A stretch of DNA of 64,000 nt from Monocercomonoides exilis PA203 (lineage: Eukaryota; Protista; Preaxostyla): positions 620,001 through 684,000 of the forward strand of contig LSRY02000034.1 of the NCBI GenBank assembly GCA_001643675.2, read 5' to 3'. The translations under genes and the position numbers were made by a program. Below are positions 51,686 through 63,744 of this stretch, piece by piece. The notes below the pieces were generated by a model. That model was not told the origin of the DNA. It saw nothing but the letters and a program-made list of their open reading frames with translations, and made no database searches. Every line of letters starts with the position of its first letter. Within the stretch, counting starts at the first letter, position 1.

Positions 51686-52031
51686 TATGTGAATAATTTC
51701 AAAAAATGTTTTGAAACTTCACTTTTTTTTTTTTTGCAGTTGCACACTTACAAACACAAAATAAAAATTCAAAAATTTTCATAATTTTTTGAAAGTTTAA
51801 ATTTTGCTTCCAAACAAACAGTATTTTGTTGTTTTGCATGTTTTTGTTATTGAATAGAAATCTATGTGCGAAATGAAACAAAAAATAGAATTACATTTCA
51901 ACTATGAGTCACATTATCAACGTGATTAACGAGGAAGAAAACAATAGAAAAACACTATAATATTCACAAATACATGTTATATGAAATAAAAATAATGTTA
52001 AATTTCTCAAAAAGAATTATAAATATCAATT

Positions 52032-54554
52032 CTACTCTTGACTGCTCATTTCTTGTTCTTTGCTTTCGTCTGCATTGTGTTTGGCCTTCTTTTTCTTGAC
52101 AACCACAACAATGATAACAACCACAACAATTGCAGCAATAACAACTACAACAATAGGAACAACAATAGCAACAACAGTTCCGGCATTTGATTTCTTCTTG
52201 CCTTTTGGAGCAGGTCCTTCTGGAGTTGGATCTCCTGGAGTTGGATCTTCCTTCTCCTTCAAATACTTCTCATACACATCCTCAGGCTCTGATTCTTCAT
52301 CAATTGCTCCCTCGATCCACCCAGAAGTTGATTCATCATAATCATTCGCGAACGCAAAGGCATCTTCTTGTTTGCAGAATTCTTCGAAGTCCAAGGCAAT
52401 GATGAACAGAGAAGTTGTTTTTGAGCCAGCTGTGTTTGAGCTGTCAATATCCAGATTGTGTTCTGAAGGAAGTTGCAGATTCGATGTGGCCTTGGGCATG
52501 TCAATGATTATTGCTCCTGCTTTCCCTTTTGGCGCTGTGCATGACTTGAATGAACATTTGCTTGACCTTCCAATGGCCACTCTTGATTCTTTTGAACTGA
52601 GGGTGATATCCAACCCTGCTGCTGCTCCTTTCTCCGATTTCACTTCATTCATGTTCAATCCTTCGATTGACACCTTCGAAGATGAATCACTCTTATCTCT
52701 GATACTGATTGCTGCTCCATTTTGAACATTCACTTTGCTGATCTCCACTCTGTTCAAAGACACTTCACTGGCTCCAGAGAATGAAAATGGTGATGATGAA
52801 AATGAAACTGTGTTCCTTTCATCTGTGCATGTTACAGTATTCAATGTGACTTTCCCTCCAGTTACACTCACAAGACTGCCAGACATAGAACCATCTTCAT
52901 CACCATTTTTCACCATTTCATCGGGTGATGTTTGCGAACTGACTCTGATAAATTTACAATTGCTAATTGTAAGTGATGTTGATTCTTCATTTGCTTTTAT
53001 CACATAATTCCATTTTGTTTCAGATATAGGAAAGTTGAATGCCAAATACTTGAATTCTACTTCTTTTTCGCATGTGAATAGAATTGATGAAGCTGAAACA
53101 TCACAATTAATGGCAACTTCTGTATTTCCATTTTCACTGCTGTTCACTCCTTCAACGGTTATTCCCTTTTCGTTGCTAATAAGAATTTCTTCTGCTGTAA
53201 ATGGGCTTTCGTCTTTCACAATCTCGATGAAGTATCCGTCAGAACAAGGAATTTCATCAAGTTTACTGAATGCTCCTTTCAATGAGCTCGACGGTGAAGA
53301 ACTTGTCAACCCATCTCCTGTTCCTTTGCTCTTTACAAATATCTTTCCTGAAAGATCGAAATACATTAACACAAAATCGTAAATTTTTCCTTTGTTTTCA
53401 TGATATGCTGCAACAAACCACAAATTATCGCGAGTGTAATTTGCTGCAAAACTCTTTTTCATTTCTGCTGCTATGTCTTTGAATAATGAATCATTTTGCA
53501 TGCTAAAGCATATTCCTGTATTCTTTTTTAACTCGTCTTCTCCAGATGAACAGTTGTCAAATATCAGATTTCTTCCGTCTTCTGGCAAGTTCAGTTGACA
53601 TGTGGATTTAATACTCGAATATTTCACATATACACCTCCTGCGTAATCATGAAGCTGAGAGGAACATGAAGAAAAAGATGTGACTCCACCGTCTCCGATC
53701 GAAAATGTACTCTCGTCATCCATAATTTCCACAAACATTGATCCATATATTAGGCATTTTATCTCAGAAAATGTGCAGTTATTCAATAAAACATTCATTT
53801 TACTGGTTCCAAAAGATGAAATAAAAATTGCACATGTTGATATAGCTTCAACATTTTTCAAAGAAAAATTTGATAATATCACTGTCTCTGCGCCTAAAAT
53901 TCTGAATATGTAATCTCTTGATATTAATGTTTTTGTTTCATCTGTGCATTCAACTGATTCCATCGTCAACGATCCTCCCGATGCTTCAACAAGTCTGTAA
54001 TTGATCTCGTTTCCAGTTTTTGTTCGAACAAATCTGCAATTGCTTATGGATAATGATGCCATATTGCTGAGTATCAAATGATACGCTCCTGATGTTTGAT
54101 CCCTTTTTCTCAATGTTGTTGGAAATTGAAATGTCAAATGTTGGAATGTTACAATTCCACTGCATTCGATAAGATTACATCCCGGATGTACGTCACAGTC
54201 AATTTCCACATCAGTATTTCCGCTTTTATCGCTATACACTCCTTCAATCGTAATTCCATGTTCTTTGTTAAATACAACGGCTTCTGCAGTTAATGGATTT
54301 TCATCAACAACAATTTTCATGAAGCATGAGTCTTCGCTTCTTAGCAGGCCATATGCATCATTCAATGATTTCTTTTCCTTTCCTATCTCCAAACCACTGT
54401 TGCTTTCGTTCCCGCTTTGCTTCACATAAACTGTTGAAGGCATTAATGGATCTTCTTGTGAGCAAATCAATGCGCACATTTGAAAAAGGATGGTTATCCA
54501 AATCATTCTTTTTATTAAGCTGAAATTATGTAACATATTGATCAAACTTTGCAT
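52032..54554 (-). CDS. Type I membrane surface protein with two internal beta-helix-like repeats (likely start 54506, ~824 aa)
   Basis: Signal-like MIWITILFQMCALICS. Repeats VYVKQSG..G..SL.DAY...AE....GITIEGV...TDVEIDCDV and IFVKSKG..G..SLKGAF...AE....GITVEGV...TEVAINCDV. Pro-rich stalk, long Val/Ile TM helix, KKKK stop-transfer and short tail. Confidence 0.85.
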   Translation of the reverse strand: MQSLINMLHNFSLIKRMIWITILFQMCALICSQEDPLMPSTVYVKQSGNESNSGLEIGKEKKSLNDAYGLLRSEDSCFMKIVVDENPLTAEAVVFNKEHGITIEGVYSDKSGNTDVEIDCDVHPGCNLIECSGIVTFQHLTFQFPTTLRKRDQTSGAYHLILSNMASLSISNCRFVRTKTGNEINYRLVEASGGSLTMESVECTDETKTLISRDYIFRILGAETVILSNFSLKNVEAISTCAIFISSFGTSKMNVLLNNCTFSEIKCLIYGSMFVEIMDDESTFSIGDGGVTSFSSCSSQLHDYAGGVYVKYSSIKSTCQLNLPEDGRNLIFDNCSSGEDELKKNTGICFSMQNDSLFKDIAAEMKKSFAANYTRDNLWFVAAYHENKGKIYDFVLMYFDLSGKIFVKSKGTGDGLTSSSPSSSLKGAFSKLDEIPCSDGYFIEIVKDESPFTAEEILISNEKGITVEGVNSSENGNTEVAINCDVSASSILFTCEKEVEFKYLAFNFPISETKWNYVIKANEESTSLTISNCKFIRVSSQTSPDEMVKNGDEDGSMSGSLVSVTGGKVTLNTVTCTDERNTVSFSSSPFSFSGASEVSLNRVEISKVNVQNGAAISIRDKSDSSSKVSIEGLNMNEVKSEKGAAAGLDITLSSKESRVAIGRSSKCSFKSCTAPKGKAGAIIIDMPKATSNLQLPSEHNLDIDSSNTAGSKTTSLFIIALDFEEFCKQEDAFAFANDYDESTSGWIEGAIDEESEPEDVYEKYLKEKEDPTPGDPTPEGPAPKGKKKSNAGTVVAIVVPIVVVVIAAIVVVVIIVVVVKKKKAKHNADESKEQEMSSQE

Positions 54555-55478
54555 AAAACTTTTGACAAAAAACAGATATAAAAAATTGCATTAAGAAAAC
54601 TGAGAAAAAAAAACATAACAACTGAGAATAACATTTATTGTTTCGAAAACTCATTTAACACTTTTCTAAAATGTGAATGTTTCAACAATGTTTTTTCTCT
54701 CAATATATCTTATTTTTGTTAGTAATCTTTTGTTGATAACAATTATCTTGATTAATTTGATTTCAATGTATTCTCAAAACTGCAAAGAATACTTGTGTGA
54801 GTATAATTACAAGACTTTAATATTCACAATCTGAGAGAAAAAAAACATTTTTTTTTTGTTTGTTTGTTAAAATAGATATATGGTACGATATTTATTGATA
54901 CCCAAATTTTGTTCCACTGGACTTTTTTACCTTTTTTCAAAATAAAAAATTTATCTAATATTGTGTAAAAAATTTTCCTCATTGAAATGTTGATTATAAC
55001 AGTTTTAAATATACAAGTGAATTAAGATCAGTTGCCTTGAAAAATGTTTTCAATTTCTTTTAAAACAAGTTGGTCAAATGAAAGTCAAATTCTTTTTACC
55101 AATTTGAGATTCGATCTATGATGGTTTGATCAGAATATAACAAAAAATACGACTTTTTTCCTTTCAAAGCCAAGACAATCGACTTTGTGGTTGTTTCTAT
55201 TTAGGGAACTTATATTATTTTTGTAAAAAAGAAACTGTTAGAGCTTTCCCGCAAACTTTTCATGTTGCAAGATATTTAACGAAGTTTGTGTTTTTTGATT
55301 AAACTGTTAATTGAAGGATATCGTCTTTGAATTGAATTTGGCTCAGACAACCAGAATGATGTCGTTTTCTAACGGAAAATCTGAAGCCTGAATTTGGAAG
55401 ATGAACCCAAAGATGAGGATTTCTCGTTTGTTCATGTTCACTTTTTGTCATTTCAGTTGAGACTTTTTATATGCAATT

Positions 55479-56826
55479 ATGATTCTTGAAGAATTGCTGG
55501 ATGAACTGGTTGAATGCGATGACGATGGACAAAAACAGACAATAAATCGAATGGAAGAAGCGACTGATGAGATGAACAAAGAGGAACTTGAAGCTTTTTT
55601 CACAATTGAAATATTCAACAAAATGGACAAAATGATTGAGGAGAAGAAATTGTCATTGGGAAATGCCATTCATTTTCTAATTCACATTGGATATTGCAAA
55701 ATGATGGATTATTTCTTAAATGATGATTTTTTTTTCTCTTCATTATACCACAGAATTGAGAAGATGATTTTTGAAGAAGCTGCGAAAAACGATGGAAGGA
55801 ACGAAAAAATGCTGATCGTGATGTGTGAGTGCAGCGCTATTATGCTTGATTTTGTTATTGTCGGTCCATTACGGTCAGTTTGTGTAAGATGCCTTTTGGA
55901 TGTTGCATTGAGGAAAGACGAAAGCAAGGAAACGCAACAAGAAGTGGAAAAGGCATTGACTACTCTGAGCTGCATAAATCGATGCAATGTTTGAACATAA
56001 TTTACGATTCAAGGACTTTCTTTAAATTTTCTTTTCTTTTCTTTTCTATTCTATTCTTTTTGAATAGAAAATGGGCAAAGAACTGTATTTGAAGGAGATC
56101 ACAGATATCATCCAGTACCATCAGAAACACCACATCCTTACTAAAATTGCTTATCAATCGGCCTCGGTGTTTTTGATGTTGAGATCTTTTACTGATGACA
56201 GTTTGAAAGATATAATTGCTTCTGAATTGCATTTGGTTGAAGAAGCTGCAAAAGAATTGAATGAGCTGAGAAGAAATTTTGATTGGGCGCAAAATGAAAC
56301 CGGAAGAAAGGAAAAGAGAAAGTTGTGGGAATTTGGAAGATGGCTCAATGCGCTTCCTCAATTCTTTTGTTTCACAAAATCGAGTTGTGAAGGAAGTGCA
56401 GAGTTGATTTCAAGCCTTGTGTCTCTCAGCAGAGCGTCGAATGAACACTTCAAAGGAATCAGTGCAGCTTGCATTCATATTTTTGCTGCAATGATTTCAT
56501 CGAAATGTGCAACTGTCACTGACTTGCTGAATAAAGGTGCAATTGATGTTGCTTTGGAGATAATACTGCAACCAACATTGTATAGAGGTGTTTTCCATAA
56601 AAGTCTGGAATTCTTTTATCTGATTTCCAGAAGATCGAAAGAGAAGACGGATGGTGAAACGTGCGAATCGAAAGGAAAAGCTGCAAAACTGGAGATGTTT
56701 GAAAAGATGGAAGAAGAAGGATACGAAGACATTGTAACAAGCTTTCATGGAGCAATTGCTTTTGCTGACATTGAATTCATTCGCAGTCTTTCGTTATCTG
56801 TTTCCGATTGCTTATTTTATGTGTAA
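55479..56826 (+). CDS. 'EEEGYED' helical-repeat family protein; intron 55989-56067; 5' end uncertain
   Basis: GTTTGA...AATAG intron joins the two ORFs in frame (RCN|KMGKELYLKEI). C-terminal FEKMEEEGYEDIV; close paralogue of 58910-60404. Confidence 0.8.
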
Positions 56827-58909
56827 TGAGATGAAATATTTCTCATCTTTTCCCACACTTTGCTTCATTATTCAAAGAGAAAACATTTGAAGTGCTTTTA
56901 TAAAGTTCATTTTTCTTTTCTTCGATGCAAATCAAATCCACAACAACAAAAAATTATAAAAATTTCATGATGAATTTCCACATTTCAACAATCAAATCTC
57001 CATTAAATGACGTGCAATCCCAATGAGTTTTGAAAAAAAAATTGCTGATTACAAAAATAAGTTATTCTATGCAGCTATTCCTTTTTTAATTTTCAGTTCT
57101 TTCTTTCACTTCTGCAACCTCTTTTTCAGTTCTTAGTTTTTTCGATATTAAATATTCGATAGAAAGAGAATCGAAAATAAAATAGAAAAGGCATGTTGTG
57201 TTTTTTATATAAATTAAAGAAAAATGTTATCTGAAACCTCTTAACAATGATTGAAAATAACTCAACAGTTTTTTTCTCCAAGTCCATTGGATTTTTTTCT
57301 GAGTATTTTTAATATTCTCTCCAGTTGTTAACTGGTATTTTTATTCCTTTCTTTTCTTTTGATGAAAAGATTCCATATTTGGTCTTTTTTAACTGACTTT
57401 TCTTTATTCAAAAAAATCTTGGAATATTATTGAATGCATAAGAAAAAATAGAACATTCAATCAATGGAATAATCAAATGATGAGAGAATAAAAAAATAAA
57501 TAATAAAAATAACAAAGTTGACAACTTTTTTTAATGAAAATTATAATGGACAGATATTCTCATTTTAACCTTTTAATTTTCTCTCGTGTATTTTGACCTA
57601 AAAATGTTAAAGTGAAAGTTAATATCTTTTGAATATTTTTATTTTCAATGATCAAAAACTTTGGGAAAAAAAACTAATAGACTTGAGACTGTTTCAATGA
57701 TGAAAATGATGGAATAAAAACATTGGAAAGATAAATAAAACCATTGAAGCAACAACAAAGAAAAAGGAAATGATGAAGAGTTTGAAAATGATGACGAAAA
57801 AGACAAAGAGAAGGAAGGAGATAATAATAGTGGTTTATTATAATTAGTCATGCTCGAAGAATATTGAACGAAGATGAATTCAGATGGTATTTTGTGATCC
57901 TCCACAAAAAATTACACAATTGACTTTGATTGAACCGCCTAATAGTGAATTCTTTAAAGAAGTTTGAAAAAGAAGATACCTTCAAACAAGATTGGAACCA
58001 GGATGAAGAAAATGAAGCTGAGAAAGGTTTGAATGAATGCATTCGCATCCAATAAACAAGAAAAAATGGTTAGAAATTGTGAGAAAAAGAAGTGGATATT
58101 TGAATATCTACAAAGGAACAATTATTATCAGTGCTCATCTCAGTTTACACTCATTGTCTTTTGCTTTGATACTCCAAGAATTTTCTGATCTTTAAAATCA
58201 CCAAAATCACAATTTCATGGCTTTCTATTCATTTCTCTATTTTCAACATCATTTTCAGCAAATTTGCCAACAACACCTTTCCACAGTCATTTCACAGCCA
58301 AATGAGTATTGTTCTCATTGCAAAAATTACACCACAATTTTTGTGTTTTTCAATTCTTTCTGTATAAAAATCATATCACTTTTTTCCTCAAAAGAATGAA
58401 AATGTGCAGTTCTTTTCAAATGTCTTTGCATTTCTTGAATTCATCTTGCTCCAACTGCAGTCTCCAGTGACGCAATTAAACAAGATCAAACTTTCAAAGT
58501 CGTTTTAAGTTCTGTCAGCTGAACTCTGAATGGTAACATGCAAAAGGAAAAAAATTGAATAAAATTTCCAAAAATTGTTTATGCTCCTTTATTCAATCTG
58601 TGTATATGTTTGAAGGGCTATATGTTCAGTGATTTTTTCAATGTAACAACGTTAGCAAATTTCAAAATGACTGCATTGTTGAAATAAACTCACTCTTTCA
58701 CTAAAAAAACTTCATTGAATTTTACTTCATTTAAACCTTTGGCAACTCTCATTTTTCGGATGTTTCTTTTCTTTGATCAAAATGACCATTAACAAATTTG
58801 CTTTTGGTTTATTTTTCAGTTCATTTTGTCACTCTCTGTTTGAAAATGCGTATTTCGAAAGGAGCTGTGTGAGCACTGTCAATTTTTAACCATTTTGAAT
58901 TTTCATTAA

Positions 58910-60404
58910 TTGTCATTTTCACATTCATATTATATTCTTCAAATGAATATCAAAATGGTGTTGTTTTCTGAATGCAATACATTTTCAAAGAAAATAGGGA
59001 AGAACATCTGCTGCGAATATGCTGGTCTGCAGATATTATTGTGTTTAATTTTTTTATTACAGTTTTTTCATAATTTTTTCATCAAAGAATTGGTGGTTGA
59101 ACTGGAACATTGCACAGAAAGAGAGCAGAAACGGAAAATCGAAGAGATGAATGAAGTGATGGATGAAATGAATAAAGAAGAACTGGAATCTGTGTTGACA
59201 GAAGAACTATTCAATAAATTTGAAAAAATGATTGAAGAAAAGAAAATATCTTTAGAAAATGTCGATATGCTATTGAAGCATGTTGGATATTGCAAAAAGA
59301 TGAAAAACATGTGGGTTGATTGCATTAACGAATCTTTGTTGAACAAAAGATTCGAGAAGATGATCATTGATGAAAATGAGAAAAAAGAAGGAAAGAACGA
59401 AAGTCTTCTTGTTGATCTTTGTGAATGCTCCCTTTTGTTAAACAACGTATTTAATTCAGAATTGAAGTTTATTTGTGTTCCTTGCCTTTTGAAAGTTGTT
59501 TTGAAGAAAGAGGAAAATGAGGAGACCCAAATAGAAGTGGAAATGGCTTTGCTTGCATTGAGTTGCATTGAATTATATGATGTATGAACATTTCTATTTC
59601 ATTTTTTATATTTTTCTTATTTTTCTTTCTTCTGATTAGTTTATTGAACAAGAACCGTATCTGAATGAAATCAAAGAAATCATCAAATATCATCAAAAGC
59701 ATCACAATCTAACAAGACTTGCCTATCAATGCGCTTGGGAGGTTGTACTGAAAAGATATTATCGTCATGAGTCATTGATCAAAGCTATTATAAATGAGTA
59801 TCATTATGTGAGAGAAGCAACAAGAGAACTAGAAGAGATGAAAAGATGCGTGGATTGGAAGAGGATGAGTTGTGAGCAGGAAAATCAAAAAAATACGATG
59901 ATGATATTGAAATGGTTGAGGACAATTTCTTTTTTTCTTTTTTATTACTCATTAAAAGGACAAGATAATTGCATTGAATTGATTGCATGCATTGTTGGTT
60001 TGTTCAAAGATTCAAATGAAAATTACGAGAAAATTGCGGATGTTTGCATTGAGATTTTTGGAATTATGATTGAAAACACAAGCATAAATGAAGTTGACTT
60101 AATAAGGAATGGTGCAGTTCAGATATGTTTGGATGAAATTGTGAAAACAACATCCAAAGATTATTTGAATGTGAGTTGTTTAAGATTTTTCGAATATCTT
60201 TTCAAAAGATTGAACAAAAAGTTGTTTTTAATTTGTGAAGAGTATGTTGTTGAGGCAAATTGGAATTTGTTCAAAAGAAAAGCCTTTATTATGTGCGAAG
60301 AAGAAGGATATGAAGATGTAATATTTTCGTATTGTTGTTCACTCATAAGAAATCCAGAATATATTGAACTGATGTCAAATGATGTCACAGTTTATCTGTT
60401 TTAA
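58910..60404 (+). CDS. 'EEEGYED' helical-repeat family protein; intron 59582-59639; 5' end uncertain
   Basis: GTATGA...ATTAG intron splices in frame (LYD|FIEQEPYLNEIKEIIKYHQKHHNLTRLAYQCAW). Ends with CEEEGYEDVI. Confidence 0.8.
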
Positions 60405-60474
60405 TGTTGCACTTCTGTATGATTTTTTGAAAAAGATATTTGCATTGGGTTGTTCTTTTATCCCGACTTTTTTT

Positions 60475-61255
60475 ATATCTCTAACCATATTAATTGGAGC
60501 TGGCTACGGCTTGATACAATATTGTATCCAAAAAATAACTTGAAATGTTTATTTTAATATATTTTACTAATACAGAGAAAATTTTTTTCGAATTTTTTTG
60601 ACTTAGAGATCTCAGTTTTTTTTAATTTAATTTTTTTATCATAAAATTGATGGTCTTTCCATGAAAATAACATTCTGGAAGTTTCAAGCCACATTAACAG
60701 AACATGGCATATTCTTTTTATAGTTTTTATAACTTTTCACATTTCACATTTCACTTGTTTCTTTTTCACTTGTTTTCTCATTTCATCCACTTTTCGAAAA
60801 AATGAAATTTTTTAAGGAATTATGATTTTCTGAGATATTTTTTAAGATTATCCTTAATATTCAGTCTAAATCGGATATTATCACATCGGTTTTTGCACAT
60901 CTTTTTGTGACTGTATCGGATTGCGATAATATATATTGCTGTTTAACACAGAAAAAAATAAAAATTAATTTTTGAAATAATTAATTTTGTGTCGATTTTT
61001 TTTATTTTTGGAAATTCTTCACAAAAACATGTTTTTCAATAGAAATAACAATTTTTTTATGTGTAATTATGTTACAAAGACTTTTTAATAAACGTTTTTG
61101 AATAATTGAAAAAACTGAGATCTCTAAGTCAAAAAAATTCGAAAAAAATTTTCTCTGTATTAGTAAAATATATTAAAATAAACATTTCAAGTTATTTTTT
61201 GGATACAATATTGTATCAAGCCGTAGCCAGCTCCAATTAATATGGTTAGAGATAT
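60475..61255. mobile_element. MITE-like element with ~147-bp terminal inverted repeats (60475-60621 / 61109-61255), non-coding core
   Basis: Arms are reverse complements by eye (atatctctaaccatattaattggagctggctacggc...). A TA can be placed at both ends, and an extra outer 8-bp inverted match tatcccga/tcgggata is present. Confidence 0.75.
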
Positions 61256-61345
61256 TATAAATTATTGATCGGGATAGAAATTCAACATCATTTCCAAAAG
61301 GACATCTTATTTTTCATAAGTAAAGCAATTCAATAAATATTCCTT

Positions 61346-62709
61346 TTAATTGATTTTCAAAATGAACTCTATTAAGTGTTTCAAAAAAATAAAAATGGCT
61401 GTGGAATGAAGATTGAGGGGTTTCAGTGTGAAGTTTTTAACTAACACTTTTTCTTTATTCTGACACAAAAAAATGAAGTGTAAAAGTTCAAAAATTGCAT
61501 TATCAAAAAAAAAAAAAAAATTAATTCTTCCGATAACTTTCCTTTTTCCTTCACTTCGATTTAATGCATTATCTTTCTTTTCTTCGTCAGAATCATCGTT
61601 TTTCACATGAAGAAATCTTCTTTTTATTTTTTTCTTATCATCCAAAACAGTCTTCACTTCATCTTTCTCCTTTTCATCCATTTCATTTTTCCTTTCAATA
61701 TTCATTTTCAAATGATTTTCCCATTTCTCTGAAAGATTTTCTTTGGTAATAACTTTTCACTAAAAGTTGAACTTGTTTCTGTAAGATGGATGAGAGGAAA
61801 TAGAAGATTCGTGCTATTTCAAAAGAACTGTCCCAGAAGAATTGTGAAGAACACCACTACAGATGAAAGCATTGTGAATTGCAAAAGGAGATAATGCAGT
61901 GCGGATGGCTCGAGGTTGAACGTCGGAAAATGCTACTAATTTGAGGAAGATGAAGAAGAAGACGGAGCCTCAAATCTGTTTGTCAGTTCAGATTTGAATA
62001 CAGCAAACACTCCTCTGTCCAGAGGTTGACACGAGTGTGTGCTGTGTAGCACGAAGGTTCTAACGTCGATTTGTTGTTTTTGGAATTCTCGCCAGATCGA
62101 TGGATCCGCGCGAGATGCATGAGTATCAAGGAGGAGAAGAATGTGTTCGTTTTCAAGTGACATGCGCTTTCTTCTTTCGATGATTGAAGGGAGAAGAATG
62201 GTGAGAGCATACCTTTTGAAGCACTTGTTGTCCGTCAAGCCGCTTCCTTTTCTCCATATTTCAAGCGTTTGAGATAACAGGCTTTTCAATTCGTTTTGCA
62301 GGTTTGCACTTGGCCATAGAATAACAGAAGGAAAGGAAAATCCATCCGCTACAACAGCTGCCACGAATGTTGAATACATCATTCTTGGTGATTTCTTCGA
62401 AAAACCTGCTTTCGTATCTGTAGTACGCACAACAAGCTGTTTTGAGTCTGTGGGAACCCGCGTTGAAGATTCGTCGATGTTTATATTTAAAGCTGAATTG
62501 TAATGGTATTTTTCATGCAGCTCGTCGAGTGTTTTGTTCCAGGGTTTTAAAACACTTCTGCACGAAACATCCAGTCTGTTAATGTCCAGATTCTTCGGCG
62601 TTCCAGTCTTCAGCTCCGTGTGATGCTTGACAAGGCCATGAACCGCAGACATTGAAACTTCAGTGAATGGTGTGTCTTCTTCATTGTTGTAATTTAAAAC
62701 ATTTTCCAT
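61346..62709 (-). mobile_element. Second disrupted pogo/Fot1-like DD35D transposase, same family as 50383-51660
   Basis: NIDESS...TFVAAVVADG...LLLLDTHASR-...-CQPLDRGVF (D35D). After the stop at 61936, AIHNAFICSGVLHNSSGTVLLK and KKKIKRRFLHVKND...KRKV match copy 1 (KKAFINSGVLSNGSGSVLMK, KKVKRSFRKIKND...KRKV). Confidence 0.85.
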
Positions 62710-62800
62710 CTGAAAAACAAACTAAATAAAAACATGCAAATTAAAATTTAACAAACCAATTCTCTTGTTTTTAATTAATTAATTAATTTATTAATTAATT

Positions 62801-63007
62801 TATTTTATTTTTTATTTTTTATTTTTTATTTTTTATTTTTTATTTTTTATTTTTTATTTTTTATTTTTTATTTTTTATTTTTTATTTTTTATTTTTTATT
62901 TTTTATTTTTTATTTTTTATTTTTTATTTTTTATTTTTTATTTTTTATTTTTTATTTTTTATTTTTTATTTTTTATTTTTTATTTTTTATTTTTTTTTTT
63001 TTTTTTT
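62801..63007. repeat. (TTTTTA)n hexamer array of ~200 bp ending in poly-T
   Basis: ~30 near-perfect units, immediately upstream of the splice acceptor (minus strand) preceding 62709. Confidence 0.95.
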
Positions 63008-63744
63008 GTTTTGATTTTTATATAAATTGAATCAATTTGAAGAAGACATGATGAAAAATTCTTGCATTTATGAAAAAAACAATAATTTGCTCCAAACTTT
63101 TTCTCCAACCTTATCATTAAAAGTCTTTCATTCCCATGTCAATAAAATACAGAAAAATACCAAAATTGAGAAAAATATTAGTTTGAGAAGAATTGAACAA
63201 AATTCATAAAGCAAAATATTTTGTCCCAAATTTTGAATTACGAATATGTATTTTTTGCACCTCTTTTGATAACTTTTAATTTTATTTCTGGTTCAATCAT
63301 TTCTTCTTTGACTCATTTTTAGAGAATTATTTGTTTGAAACAATAAACTGGCATTCACATATTTTCCAATTTATTCAAAAAAAAAAAAAAAAATCGTTCA
63401 AGAAAACAAAACAATGGAAATTTCACACTTCATATATGTTTCTATGCGACATATAATTAAAGACAATCAAAGTGAAAAAAAAATACAACCCATAACTCGA
63501 ATATGAACTTCATTTCAAAATGTTATGGGCGTTAACTTTTTTTAAATATGCATCAATCTCAAAAAAATGAAATATTGCCTTTCGTTTGTGCTTTCAATGA
63601 ATGCTACGATCATTCTAAAAAAGTATTATATAGTGATTGATTTTGCTAATTTCGAATTGTGAACTTCCATCCTTTGATTTTTTTGATATTAATGAATAGA
63701 ACGAACGGATTTATCGTTGTGTGGATAAAATAACAAAAGCGAGA

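Noticed and set aside
61297-61306. aaaaggacat shared with the reverse complement of the 3' end of transposon copy 1, as a TIR of copy 2
   Set aside because: Only 10 bp, A-rich, and lacks the terminal CGCTCAGAA part; not distinguishable from chance.
62801-63007. (TTTTTA)n as a telomeric repeat, CRISPR-like array or retroelement tail
   Set aside because: No G-rich telomere motif, no spacers and no adjacent reverse transcriptase; it is a simple microsatellite.
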